From positions 3,520,001 through 3,584,000 of the forward strand of contig OY820579.1 in assembly GCA_963681965.1 (NCBI GenBank): a DNA stretch of 64,000 bases. The letters are read 5' to 3'. Below, piece after piece: positions 9,323 to 19,656 of this stretch. This DNA comes from a bacterium (GTDB lineage Bacteria > Electryoneota > JAOADG01). Numbering within the stretch: the stretch's first letter is position 1; every line of letters begins with the position of its first letter. The position numbers and the translations under genes were made by a program. The notes beneath the pieces were generated by a model. The model ran no database searches. It was not told where the DNA came from and worked only from the letters and a program-made list of their open reading frames with translations.

Positions 9323-10666
9323 ATGTTAACGGAAAAAGAACTCAAAACGATCGCGGAAAAAGCGCTCTCGCTTTGCGGTAAGCTGGATGCGGAGGTCATG
9401 GTCTCATCCGGCGATAGCGCGCTTACCCGGTTCAGCGATAATATCATCACTCAGAATGTTTCGGCTGAGACAGTTGGATTGACCATTCGACTTATTGCCG
9501 ACGGAAAAGTTGGCAAATCGTCCACCGGTTATCTGACCGACGACGGTATTCGCAACTGCATCGATACCGCGAAATTAGTACTGAAAGTCAATTCACCCGA
9601 CCCGGTGCTGATGCCACTTTCCGGACCACATACCTATGTGGATCAGGAGAATTTCTCACAAAACACGCTTGATGCGACTCCGGAATTTCGTGCCGACAGC
9701 GTGGTGAAAGCGATCGAGCGGTTCAAGCGCGACAATCTGAAGGGTGCTGGCATTTTCTCGTCCGGCGGCAGCACGTTTTATATGGCGAATAGCGCGGGAA
9801 TGCGAGCATTCAATCGTTCGACTCAAGCATCGTTTTCTATTTCCGCAATGACTGAAGATTCTTCAGGTTGGTCGGAAGCATTCGGACCGAATATCGACGA
9901 AATCGATACCGTGAAAGTCGCCGATATCGCAGCTCAAAAAGCGATTCTTGGCAAGAACCCGAGCGAAGTCGAACCGGGTCCATGGACGGTTGTTTTAGAA
10001 CCGTCGGCGGTATCCGATTTCATTATGTTCCTCGCATGGGAAGGTTTCAACGGTTTGGCACTGGCGGAAGAGCGCAGTTGCTTCGCCGGTAAGATCGGTG
10101 AAAAAGTAGTCGGCGATAACATCACTTTCACCGACGACTGCTTCCATCCGCTATCGAAGGGTATCACTTTCGACTTCGAAGGGTTCCCGCGACAGCGCGT
10201 ACCATTGATCGAAAAGGGTGTCTTCAAAGGTGCTGTCCACGATCGACGCACTGCGAAGAAGTGCAATTCGGAGAATACCGGTCATGCGTTGCCGCAACCC
10301 GATTCCTTCGGTCCCGTGCCGGTCAACGTGATTGTCTCGAACGGCGATTCGTCACTGGAAAAAATGATTGCGTCGACCGAACGAGGTCTGTTGGTGACGC
10401 GATTGCACTACTGCAATCTGTTGAATCCGATGACAGTGTTAATCACCGGTATGAGCCGCGACGGTTTGTTCCTGATCGAAAACGGTAAGGTGACCAAGGG
10501 TGTGAAGAACATGCGGTTCACCGAATCGGTACTGCAGGCATTGAACAATGTCGAAGCGTTGAGCAGCGATCTGCACAAGACCGAAACGTTCTGGGGCGGT
10601 GGCGGAACTGTGGTTCCGGCAATGAAGATCCGCGATTTCCATTTCACCAGCAAGACCGAGAATTAA
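9323..10666 (+). CDS. pmbA: TldE/PmbA family protein
   Basis: TldD/PmbA fold (FDFEGFP, NMRFTES) lacking HExxxH, directly upstream of tldD. Start set at ATG 9323 after GAGG. Confidence 0.85.
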   Translation: MLTEKELKTIAEKALSLCGKLDAEVMVSSGDSALTRFSDNIITQNVSAETVGLTIRLIADGKVGKSSTGYLTDDGIRNCIDTAKLVLKVNSPDPVLMPLSGPHTYVDQENFSQNTLDATPEFRADSVVKAIERFKRDNLKGAGIFSSGGSTFYMANSAGMRAFNRSTQASFSISAMTEDSSGWSEAFGPNIDEIDTVKVADIAAQKAILGKNPSEVEPGPWTVVLEPSAVSDFIMFLAWEGFNGLALAEERSCFAGKIGEKVVGDNITFTDDCFHPLSKGITFDFEGFPRQRVPLIEKGVFKGAVHDRRTAKKCNSENTGHALPQPDSFGPVPVNVIVSNGDSSLEKMIASTERGLLVTRLHYCNLLNPMTVLITGMSRDGLFLIENGKVTKGVKNMRFTESVLQALNNVEALSSDLHKTETFWGGGGTVVPAMKIRDFHFTSKTEN

Positions 10667-10689
10667 CGGCAAAGGAAAGCGAGAATACT

Positions 10690-12138
10690 ATGAGAAAACT
10701 AGCCGAACGCGCGGTGGAAACCGCTAAAGTTAGAGGGGCGAGTTACGCCGATTGCCGGATAATTTTCACCCGCGAACAAGAAATTACCGTTCAAAATGGC
10801 AAAGTGACCGATCTCGGTTTCGGTGAAGATATTGGTTTCGGAGTACGCGTCCTTGCCGACGGAGCCTGGGGTTTTGCCTGTGCACCAGCCGTAACGGCGG
10901 AAGAGATGGATCGTGTTGCCGCGATTGCCGTACGGATCGCCAAAGCCTCTGCGCGACTGAAAGACAAAGACGTTCGTCTTGCACCGGAACCAGTCTGGGA
11001 TGAACGCTGGCAGACTCCGATCGTCGAAGATCCGTTTGGCGTCTCGATCGAAGAGAAGCTCGGATTGCTGTTCCAGATCGACGAAATCTTGCGTAAGGAT
11101 CCCCGGATCAAATCCGCCGAGGGCACCCTTTCATTCAAGACCGAGCATCAGTGGATGGCGACAAGTGAAGGGTCGTTCATCGACCAATTGTTGATTCGCA
11201 GTGGTGGTGGCTATTCCGCGACTGCGGTCGGCGACGGTGAAGTGCAGACACGCAGCTATCCGAATGCGGCGCGGGGACAATTCATGACCAAGGGGTACGA
11301 ATTGATTCGCGGACTGCATTTGGTCGATCATGCCGAGCGAGTGCGGGAAGAAGCGATTGCGTTATTAACGGCTCCGACTTGTCCGACCGGAAAGCGCGAC
11401 ATCATCATCGACGGTACGCAGTTGTGTCTGCAGATTCACGAATCGGTCGGACACGCTACCGAATTGGATCGCGTGCTGGGTATGGAAGCGAATTACGCCG
11501 GAATGAGTTTCGCGACCACCGAAAAATTGGGCAATTTCATGTACGGCTCGCCGCTAGTCAATTTGGTCTGCGACTCGACCGTACCGGGCGGCTTGGCAAC
11601 GATCGGTTGGGACGACGACGGTGTTCGCGCACAACGATATCATCTGGTGAAGAATGGTAAATTCGTCGGTTATCAGTACAATCGCGAATTGGCTCATACG
11701 ATTGGTTCCGAGCGATCCAGCGGTAACAGTCGTGCCGAAGGGTGGTCGAATATTCCGATCGTGCGCATCACGAATTTGTCGCTGATGCCGGGCGATTGGG
11801 AATACAATGACCTGCTTGCCGATACCGAAGGCGGTATTGTTATGGAAACCAATCGGTGCTGGTCGATCGATCAATGGCGCTTGAATTTCCAATTCGGCGT
11901 CGAAGCTGCTTGGGAAATCAAGGGCGGTCAGAAGGGTCAATTGTACAAGAATGCCAACTATCAAGGCATCACCCCGCAATTCTGGGGTAGTTGCGATGCG
12001 ATCTGCAACGATAAATACTGGCAGTTGTGGGGCGTTCGAAATTGCGGTAAGGGTCAACCGGGTCAAACGGCAGAAATGTCGCATGGATCGGCTCCCACGC
12101 GGTTCCGTGGAGTTGAGATCGGTGTCGGTAATAGCTGA
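10690..12138 (+). CDS. tldD: TldD metalloprotease
   Basis: IHESVGHATELD (HExxxH) and C-terminal NCGKGQP motifs. Confidence 0.92.
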   Translation: MRKLAERAVETAKVRGASYADCRIIFTREQEITVQNGKVTDLGFGEDIGFGVRVLADGAWGFACAPAVTAEEMDRVAAIAVRIAKASARLKDKDVRLAPEPVWDERWQTPIVEDPFGVSIEEKLGLLFQIDEILRKDPRIKSAEGTLSFKTEHQWMATSEGSFIDQLLIRSGGGYSATAVGDGEVQTRSYPNAARGQFMTKGYELIRGLHLVDHAERVREEAIALLTAPTCPTGKRDIIIDGTQLCLQIHESVGHATELDRVLGMEANYAGMSFATTEKLGNFMYGSPLVNLVCDSTVPGGLATIGWDDDGVRAQRYHLVKNGKFVGYQYNRELAHTIGSERSSGNSRAEGWSNIPIVRITNLSLMPGDWEYNDLLADTEGGIVMETNRCWSIDQWRLNFQFGVEAAWEIKGGQKGQLYKNANYQGITPQFWGSCDAICNDKYWQLWGVRNCGKGQPGQTAEMSHGSAPTRFRGVEIGVGNS

Positions 12139-12160
12139 TTTAGTATCTCTTTGATTTTTT

Positions 12161-12194
12161 ACAGGCGGGGCAAACGTTCCGCCTGTTTTTTTTT
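12161..12194 (+). terminator. Terminator of the ampS-pmbA-tldD region
   Basis: ACAGGCGG...CCGCCTGT stem followed by a long T-run. Confidence 0.8.
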
Positions 12195-12411
12195 AATCCA
12201 ACTGCGATTAAGTTTGGAAAGTGACTTATTCGTTTTATTTAATTGGATTGTTCATTCTCGTATTATCTATTACTTAGCTTCGAAATACACGATTCCGGTA
12301 ATATTCGCATTTTTATTCCATATTTTCTTATGAGTAGAATTATACATATTTTGAGGTTATCTTACGGAAGCTATTCTTTAGCGTTTCATTCACACATCAC
12401 AGGAGAAATCA

Positions 12412-13059
12412 ATGAAAAAAATCATCATCTTCACCCTTCTTGCGCTGTCCGCATTGACTATTTTTGGTTGCACCAAGAGCGACGACGACAATCCGGCGGC
12501 TCCGGTAACAAATTACTTGACCCTTCAATCGCGCCCAGATACTTCCTACGGCGATTGGTTCTATATTGCCGGTCAGACCACCGATTCCGATTCCGCAATT
12601 TATGCCGAATTTACTTCCAGCCAAGCTGGTAAACTAGACAAAATTAAAATTATGTTTGGTCACTGGGATAGTGGTACTTCGACATTGGTTCCCGTCGATG
12701 TGAAGATCTTCAGCAAGAGTGGAACGTCAGTTGGAACACAACGCGGTACCACCGTAAATATTCCGATCAACAGCATTATCGACAATACTACCAATCAATA
12801 TCGCTGGACTGAAGTTTCATTCGCCGGTCAGAATCTTTCGGTTGCGAATGGTGAACACTTCTACGTATCGGTTACCCCCCGATTTACTTATCCGCTTGCA
12901 GCGAACAGCCTCGAAAAAATGTATTTGAGCATCGACTCGCGAGTGTTGAATTCGAATGGCGTCATTTTCAATGTATTGCAGGATGACGGCACGTTCCGTG
13001 CATTTGTTCCGGCAGACAGCGAAGGCGATTGCGGTATTGCAGCGGTGATTTCTTACTAA
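12412..13059 (+). CDS. Hypothetical lipoprotein
   Basis: MKK + hydrophobic stretch + IFGC lipobox, AGGAG RBS, beta-rich mature region. Confidence 0.75.
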   Translation: MKKIIIFTLLALSALTIFGCTKSDDDNPAAPVTNYLTLQSRPDTSYGDWFYIAGQTTDSDSAIYAEFTSSQAGKLDKIKIMFGHWDSGTSTLVPVDVKIFSKSGTSVGTQRGTTVNIPINSIIDNTTNQYRWTEVSFAGQNLSVANGEHFYVSVTPRFTYPLAANSLEKMYLSIDSRVLNSNGVIFNVLQDDGTFRAFVPADSEGDCGIAAVISY

Positions 13060-13081
13060 TCCCGATTTCATTTCGAGTATG

Positions 13082-13111
13082 AAAACGCTCCACGATGTGG
13101 AGCGTTTTTTT
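13082..13111 (+). terminator. Terminator
   Basis: AAAACGCTCCAC-gat-GTGGAGCGTTTT plus additional Ts. Confidence 0.85.
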
Positions 13112-13362
13112 CTTATCAAATGCGACTCATGGATCAAGGAAACAGTTTTACCTCTTTTTCCCCACACCCAACGCCTACCAAACAGCCCCGATCTTGAACG
13201 TAGAGCACCACAATCGAAGCACTATTTTCCCTCGCAGTCATATTGCTTACATTCATACGGAAAATAGATCCTTCCTCGAGATTGCATTTCGACATGACAA
13301 CATCGTAAAAGCAAATACCGAGGAATTGCGTTTCGTTAATCTATAAAGAGAACAACAGATCT

Positions 13363-14181
13363 GTGCCAACCTTTGGGAAAAGTTTTTGGCGACGTCACTT
13401 CGATAGCTGGCTTGCCTTGTCACTGTGGATCGTCACGATATTCCTGGCGATCCTGACTGGTGGTCCAACCGGTTCCGCACTCAGTGCGTCGATTTCAACC
13501 GGGGTCGCTTGGATCACCTCGCCATTGCTATGGATTCCGCGAACGATCGCACTTTGGTCGGATAATGCCACCCTTCGTCATGATCTGATGCTCGCTCAAG
13601 GCGAATTATCGTTTTTGCGCGAGGCACTCGCGGAGAACGAGCGTCTCCGCACCATGATCGGATTCACACCTCCCACCAACTGGACCTTTAAGAGTGCCGA
13701 AGTGATCGGTCGATATCGCCGAATCGGCAATCGCCGGATTGTGATTAATGCCGGTGCCAATCACGGCGTCTTCCCGCCAATGCCGGTGATGACCACGTCC
13801 GGGCTTGTAGGACGGGTATTGAAATCGCAAATGTTCTCGTCCGAAGTACAGATCATGGGCGACCCGATGATGGGTGTCGCGGTACGCGATCGCCGCAGCC
13901 GTGTCGAAGGTATTCTCCGAGCTGATCACAGCGGACGTATGCAAGTCGAAGGCATTCCTCTTACCTCCGATGTGAAAGCCGGCGATTACTGGGTGACAGC
14001 CGGGGTCGGTGCGATTTATCCGAAAGGGATTCCCGTAGCGAAACAGTTACCGATGCCCGCGCCCAGCAGTCACTTCCAAAACCTCCCGGTGCAAACCGTT
14101 CAGGATCTTGATGCTGTCGAAGATGTCTTCATCCTGACCAATTATGCACAGGTGGGTAAGGAAGGGGATGTCGATCAATGA
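13363..14181 (+). CDS. mreC: Rod shape-determining protein MreC
   Basis: TM helix, coiled coil (ENERLR), AEVIGR, GLVGRV and TAG.G.IYPKGIPV motifs. First gene of mreCD-mrdA-rodA. Confidence 0.9.
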   Translation: MPTFGKSFWRRHFDSWLALSLWIVTIFLAILTGGPTGSALSASISTGVAWITSPLLWIPRTIALWSDNATLRHDLMLAQGELSFLREALAENERLRTMIGFTPPTNWTFKSAEVIGRYRRIGNRRIVINAGANHGVFPPMPVMTTSGLVGRVLKSQMFSSEVQIMGDPMMGVAVRDRRSRVEGILRADHSGRMQVEGIPLTSDVKAGDYWVTAGVGAIYPKGIPVAKQLPMPAPSSHFQNLPVQTVQDLDAVEDVFILTNYAQVGKEGDVDQ

Positions 14182-14648
14182 GACTGCTGTTACGCTTCCC
14201 CCGCTTTCTGTTTATTCTCGTGCCGTTACAGCTCGTTTATGGTAACCGTATCGCACTTGGCAATGCCGTACCCGATCTGATCTGGCTCGGGTTGCTCTGG
14301 GGTGCGCTGACCGTATCTCCCCGAACAGCCTATATTGCAGCATTTATTATCAGCCCGATTGCCGATTCGATGGCGGGGTTACCGCTCGGACTAACTGCCA
14401 TCGGCTGGCTCCCGGGTTTGTGGTTAGCCACCCGCGGTCGCGAACCGACAATGCCGTTACCGCGCATTCGCTGGATTGGAAGTGTTTTGATTGGTGGAAT
14501 CCTGTGTGAAGTCTTGATTCAATTTGTCGAATCGCTCACCGGTGGAAATTTCACACAGCAATTGCTGCAAGTCGGACTTCCCTCGCTTGGATACACCGTT
14601 GTATTCGCCGTTGTGCGCTCCATGTTTCCCCCATTCGGTCAAAAATGA
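14178..14648 (+). CDS. mreD: Rod shape-determining protein MreD
   Basis: Hydrophobic 156-aa protein with VPDL and D..G.PLG motifs, ATGA overlaps with mreC and mrdA. Confidence 0.8.
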   Translation: MRLLLRFPRFLFILVPLQLVYGNRIALGNAVPDLIWLGLLWGALTVSPRTAYIAAFIISPIADSMAGLPLGLTAIGWLPGLWLATRGREPTMPLPRIRWIGSVLIGGILCEVLIQFVESLTGGNFTQQLLQVGLPSLGYTVVFAVVRSMFPPFGQK

Positions 14649-16447
14649 TTCAGCCCGAGAACAACGCGAATCGCCTGATTGTCGCACGGGTCCTATCGCT
14701 GTGTATACTGTTGATTCTATTCGGTCGCATCTTCTATATGCAGATTATTGACCGCAATTTCTATTCGAAACGGGCACTGGCGAATTCAATCCGGATCATC
14801 GATATTCCCGGTCTACGCGGCGTACTAACCGATCGAAACGGCAAAACCATCGCCGAGAATACAGTATCCTACTCGTTATTTATCACACCGAAAGAATTCG
14901 GCAAGGACTTTTTCCGACTCCGCAAATTGTGTGAATTGTTGTCGATGGATTCGATTGTCGTACACCAGAAACTGTTTGGACCCAGTGTTCCGAAAAACCG
15001 ATCCGTGCGTGTGTTACGCGACATTTCTTTTTCCGACATTGCAAAGCTAGAAGAGATGCGTACCGAATTTCCCGGTATTTCGATCGAACAAGAAGCAAAG
15101 CGTCATTACACCGCCGGAGTCGGATCGCATTTCCTTGGGTACGTCAGTGAACCGAATGAAGAGGAAGTTACTAAGAATCCCGCGTTTCACTCTGGTACGA
15201 TGATCGGACGCAGAGGAATCGAGAAAACCTACGATTCGCTGCTGCGTGGTGTTCCGGGTGCGCGTTATCGTCTGGTCGATGTTTCAGGACGTGAGTTGGG
15301 TGCACTGGAAGAGATGCCGGATTTACCCCCGGGACCGGGTATCCCGCTCCGATTGGGGATCGATTTACGGGTTCAGGCGAAAGCCGAATCGCTGTTAGCA
15401 GGTAAAAGTGGCGCAGTCGTTGCCATCGAACCGAAGACCGGCGAAATTATCTGCCTCGCCTCTGCTCCAACATTTCCCCCGCAATTGTTCGATGGAGCGA
15501 TTTCCGGGAAAGTCTGGTCGGCACTTTCGGAAGATCCCGAAAAACCGTTATTCAATCGAGCAATGCAAGCTGCCTATCCCCCCGGTTCGACCTTCAAGAT
15601 GACCACTTTAACCGCGGGTCTTGAAAACGACGTGATCGATACGAACGCTACGATCTTTTGCGGTGGTGCAATTGCGATCGGCAACCGCGTTTTCAAGGAT
15701 TCCTACCGAAAAGGGCACGGTTCCGTGAAAGCCCAGTTGTCGATTGCCGCATCCTGCGACGTCTACTATTATGTATTGGGACAACGCGTCGGTTTGGGTC
15801 GGTTGTACGCGACCATGAATCGGCTCGGTTTTGGGAAGAAGACTGGAGTTGATCTCGATGCCGAATCGGCGGGTCTTGCTCCATCAGCAGCATGGTATGA
15901 GAAACGCGGCTACCCATGGGGTGCCGGTACGATGGCGAACCTAGGTATCGGGCAGGGTGAAATTTTGGTTACTCCGATGCAGCAAGCGTGTTATGCCTCG
16001 ATGTGGGCGAACGGTGGCTGGTATATGGTGCCGCATATCGTAGCCGCGATTGGCGACACTGCCCGAAAAGGGGAATGGAAATCGTTCCAACCGAAACGAG
16101 TTGATGTTCAATTACAACCATGGGTGGCAAGCTTTGTTCGGCGTGCAATGCGGCAAGTAGTCGAAGCGCCGAACGGCACGGCACACCGGTTTGAATCGTT
16201 GGGTTACGATGCCGCCGGTAAAACCGGTACCGCACAAAACCCGCATGGCAAGGATCACGCTTGGTTTATCTGTTTTGCACCATTCGACGATCCGAAAATT
16301 GCGATAGCCGTCTTGGTTGAAAATGCCGGTTGGGGTAGTGTGAATGCGGCGCCAATCGCGTTCGATCTGATTGGTACCTATCTTGGAAAATCGACTGCCG
16401 GTCTGGACATTGGCAATGCCGAGCAATCAAGTGGATTTGGCGAATGA
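14645..16447 (+). CDS. mrdA: Penicillin-binding protein 2
   Basis: RG.LTDRNG, SxxK (GSTFK), SCDVY and KTGTAQ motifs. Confidence 0.95.
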   Translation: MIQPENNANRLIVARVLSLCILLILFGRIFYMQIIDRNFYSKRALANSIRIIDIPGLRGVLTDRNGKTIAENTVSYSLFITPKEFGKDFFRLRKLCELLSMDSIVVHQKLFGPSVPKNRSVRVLRDISFSDIAKLEEMRTEFPGISIEQEAKRHYTAGVGSHFLGYVSEPNEEEVTKNPAFHSGTMIGRRGIEKTYDSLLRGVPGARYRLVDVSGRELGALEEMPDLPPGPGIPLRLGIDLRVQAKAESLLAGKSGAVVAIEPKTGEIICLASAPTFPPQLFDGAISGKVWSALSEDPEKPLFNRAMQAAYPPGSTFKMTTLTAGLENDVIDTNATIFCGGAIAIGNRVFKDSYRKGHGSVKAQLSIAASCDVYYYVLGQRVGLGRLYATMNRLGFGKKTGVDLDAESAGLAPSAAWYEKRGYPWGAGTMANLGIGQGEILVTPMQQACYASMWANGGWYMVPHIVAAIGDTARKGEWKSFQPKRVDVQLQPWVASFVRRAMRQVVEAPNGTAHRFESLGYDAAGKTGTAQNPHGKDHAWFICFAPFDDPKIAIAVLVENAGWGSVNAAPIAFDLIGTYLGKSTAGLDIGNAEQSSGFGE

Positions 16448-17670
16448 GAGAATTCAACGTTAAAGAGTTCGACTGGGTATCATTTGGCTGTTGGCTAGGT
16501 CTGATGGTGCTCGGTGGTCTCTGCGTCTATTCAGCCAGCCACCCCCCGATCGGCGGGATATCCGCTATCGGCAAGAGTCATTTAATCAATATTTTCCTCG
16601 GAATTGTCGTCGCTGCCATCGCCTATTTCACTCCCGTCAACCGGATCTACGATTCGGCGTATATCGCTTGGTTGGGTGCCTGTCTACTGTTAATCGGAGT
16701 CGAGATCTCAGGTAAGATGGGTCTCGGTGCGGTCCGGTGGATCGAAATCGGTGGTCTCCGCTTTCAACCGTCGGAGGTCATGAAGTTGGGCGTGATCGTT
16801 GCACTGGCGCGCTGGTTGGGTGACCGTACCGGTGAAACGACGCGAATGTCGACGATCCTGGGAGTCAGTTTAATTGCGGTATTTCCATTACTTATGGTCG
16901 CTGCACAACCGGATCTTGCCACCTCTACGATCTACCTCGCACCAGCCATCGCGATTCTGTACTGGGCAGGGTATCCCGTCTCGGGTTTCCTCGCTTTCGG
17001 TTTACCGGTTGTTTCGCTAGCATTCGGATTTAAGCCTATCTTTCTCATTATTGTCTTAATCATCGGCGCCATCGTCATTCGCTATGCCGGTGGATCGATT
17101 AAATCGATCTTTTTCAGTTTAATTGCAGGACTGACCACCGGATTTTTCGCACCTTGGTTATGGGAGAACAAGCTCCACGAATATCAGCGGAACCGGATTC
17201 TGACTTTTATCAATCCCGATTTCGATCCTTTGGGAAAAGGGTATCAGAGCATTCAGTCGAAAATCGCGATCGGAAGCGGCGGTTTCACTGGCAAAGGGTT
17301 CTTGAATGGTTCCCAAACCCAACTCGATTTCTTACCGATTCAGCATACTGATTTTGTTTTTTCGGTTCTCGCTGAAGAGTGGGGGTTTATAGGTGCTCTC
17401 TTTTTATTGATTTTGGTGGGAGTTCTATTTCTGCGGCTCTGGGGGCGGGCACATCGGTCGAAAAATCGCTTTGCCGGGCTACTTCTCGCAGGGATTCTGG
17501 GAGTGTGGGTTTATCAGATCTTTATTAATATTGCAATGACAGTAGGGATCATGCCGGTAGCGGGTATTCCGCTTCCATTTCTCTCCTATGGCGGTACATC
17601 CATGCTGATCAACTGTATGTTAATGGGATTTGCGATCAATATTTCGTCGCATTGGCGATCCTATGGATAA
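16444..17670 (+). CDS. rodA: SEDS glycosyltransferase RodA
   Basis: FQPSE, QPDL, GYQSIQSKIAIGSGG, HTDFVFS and SYGGTS motifs. Confidence 0.95.
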   Translation: MREFNVKEFDWVSFGCWLGLMVLGGLCVYSASHPPIGGISAIGKSHLINIFLGIVVAAIAYFTPVNRIYDSAYIAWLGACLLLIGVEISGKMGLGAVRWIEIGGLRFQPSEVMKLGVIVALARWLGDRTGETTRMSTILGVSLIAVFPLLMVAAQPDLATSTIYLAPAIAILYWAGYPVSGFLAFGLPVVSLAFGFKPIFLIIVLIIGAIVIRYAGGSIKSIFFSLIAGLTTGFFAPWLWENKLHEYQRNRILTFINPDFDPLGKGYQSIQSKIAIGSGGFTGKGFLNGSQTQLDFLPIQHTDFVFSVLAEEWGFIGALFLLILVGVLFLRLWGRAHRSKNRFAGLLLAGILGVWVYQIFINIAMTVGIMPVAGIPLPFLSYGGTSMLINCMLMGFAINISSHWRSYG

Positions 17671-18011
17671 TCGATATTTTTTATTATCGATTTAACGTCG
17701 TTATCTTTTCAGATCCACTTGCTACGGAATATCAATCTGATTATCTTTTCGACGGTTCCAAATTTATTCGTCGAAGAAGCTCTGCCTTGCAAACAGATTG
17801 GGAACTGCATCCCTCCTATTTGCTGATTCGGCGGTTCTGCGACGGTCGCAGGTTGGATCGATTCGTACGGTAAGTATTTTGTTGAAGTGCGATCGTTCTT
17901 GATCGACGGTCTGACCGCCCGAAGACCAGTCTCCGGCGGTTCTCCTACGGTTATTCGATCGTTGCGGCTGATAACGTCTTAATTAATTGTATTGGAAGTG
18001 AGATTCGATCG

Positions 18012-19208
18012 GTGCTTGCTGTCTGCCTACTTCTAATCATACTTCTGGCGTGGTGGATTTTCGAATTCATCCAGCACCAGAAACGCATCCTCTCAATCCC
18101 GGTTCGGGTACACGTCAATGGTACGCGCGGGAAATCCTCGGTCGTTCGACTGATTGCGGCTGGCTTGCGTGCCGGCGGCAAGAAGACGCTTGCTAAAACC
18201 ACTGGAACTCTTCCCCGCATTATCGATGAAAACGGACTTGAAATCGCCATCAATCGTCGAGCCGGTGCGAACATTCTGGAACAACTCAAGATTATCAAAT
18301 TTATTTCGAAACGGAAACCCGATGCGCTGGTGATCGAGTGCATGGCGGTGCAACCGGAATATCAATGGATTTGCGAACACCGCATTGTTCACGCCACTCA
18401 CGGCGTTTGCACGAATGCGCGCCCCGACCACCTCAATGAAATGGGTCCGTCGGTTGAAAATGTCGCACGTTCGCTTTCCAATACTGTTCCGGTGAAAGCT
18501 AAATTTTTCACTGCCGAATCGAAGCTTGCGCATATCTTCGAAAATGTTGCTAAAAAACGGCAGACTGATATTACAATTACTATTCCGAGCCGATGCGTAA
18601 TTGCCGATGGCGTGACGCAAGAGGATATCGCCGGTTTCAGTTATGTCGAACATCCCGATAACGTCGCATTGGCACTCACAGTTTGCGATTCATTGGGCAT
18701 TTCGAAAAAAGTAGCCCTGAAGGGAATGCATGAATGTTTTCCCGATTCCGGCGCGCTAAAGATTTACCGTTGCGAGCATAAAGGGAAGTGGTGTCGGTTC
18801 GTCAATGCGATGGCAGCAAACGATCCGGAATCAACTTTAATGATTTGGCAGAAGGCGATGGAGCGGTACGACAACAACATGGGTACCCGCGTCGTTATGC
18901 TCAATACCCGCGCCGACCGGTTCGACCGTTCGTTACAACTGGTTCAGATGACCGGTGAAGGGATCGAACACGATTGGTTTTTCTCGATCGGTGAGCGCAC
19001 GGATCGATTATTGGTACATTTTGCGAAATACGGGATTCCGGTAGAGCGAGTCGTCACATTGGGGATTACAAAGCCGGAAACGATTTACGAAGCGATCTTC
19101 GAGAAAATCGGTCCCGATGGTGGTACGATCATCGGTATTGGCAATGTCGGTGCCGGTGGATTGGCAGTCGCGAATCTTTTCCGAGATCGGAGGGTTGGCA
19201 TTGATTGA
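18012..19208 (+). CDS. pgsB: Poly-gamma-glutamate synthase PgsB/CapB
   Basis: RVHVNGTRGKSS, AKTTGT, ECMAVQP, DHL.EMGP and NAMAANDPEST motifs. Confidence 0.93.
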   Translation: MLAVCLLLIILLAWWIFEFIQHQKRILSIPVRVHVNGTRGKSSVVRLIAAGLRAGGKKTLAKTTGTLPRIIDENGLEIAINRRAGANILEQLKIIKFISKRKPDALVIECMAVQPEYQWICEHRIVHATHGVCTNARPDHLNEMGPSVENVARSLSNTVPVKAKFFTAESKLAHIFENVAKKRQTDITITIPSRCVIADGVTQEDIAGFSYVEHPDNVALALTVCDSLGISKKVALKGMHECFPDSGALKIYRCEHKGKWCRFVNAMAANDPESTLMIWQKAMERYDNNMGTRVVMLNTRADRFDRSLQLVQMTGEGIEHDWFFSIGERTDRLLVHFAKYGIPVERVVTLGITKPETIYEAIFEKIGPDGGTIIGIGNVGAGGLAVANLFRDRRVGID

Positions 19209-19656
19209 GGCAACAGTAGGCTTGGGCGTGGTGCTCTCGCTCTTGTTTCAGGAATCGTTGGGAGTCGCAGCCGGTGGTATCGTCGTGCCCGGTTACGTTG
19301 CGTTGCAATTGAATCAACCGCTAGCGATTATTGCGACATTCGTCGTCAGTTTTCTGGTCTGGGGTATGCTCCGGATCCTGTCGAAATTCATCTTTTTGTT
19401 TGGACGCCGACGACTAGTATTGTCGATCTTGTTGGGTTTCATTTTCGGGTATCTCTCACGACAGTTGGTGCTCTCGCATTCGTTACCGATCGACCCCGGT
19501 CTGCAAGCGATCGGATTTGTCGTACCCGGTTTGATTGCAAACTGGATGGAACGACAAGGCATATTGAAGACGATTTCCGCGGTATTGATTTGTGCAGTAA
19601 CAACACGATTGCTGGTAATGGTTGCTTCGGGTGGGAGGTTCTTCCCCCATGTCTAG
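19201..19656 (+). CDS. pgsC: Poly-gamma-glutamate biosynthesis protein PgsC/CapC
   Basis: AGGIVVPGYVAL, LFGRRR and IGFVVPGLIANW..RQG motifs. TTG start after GGAGG, overlapping pgsB. Confidence 0.92.
   Translation: MIEATVGLGVVLSLLFQESLGVAAGGIVVPGYVALQLNQPLAIIATFVVSFLVWGMLRILSKFIFLFGRRRLVLSILLGFIFGYLSRQLVLSHSLPIDPGLQAIGFVVPGLIANWMERQGILKTISAVLICAVTTRLLVMVASGGRFFPHV

Noticed and set aside
9323-13059. TldD/TldE as part of a RiPP cluster
   Set aside because: No precursor peptide, YcaO or other maturase is adjacent.
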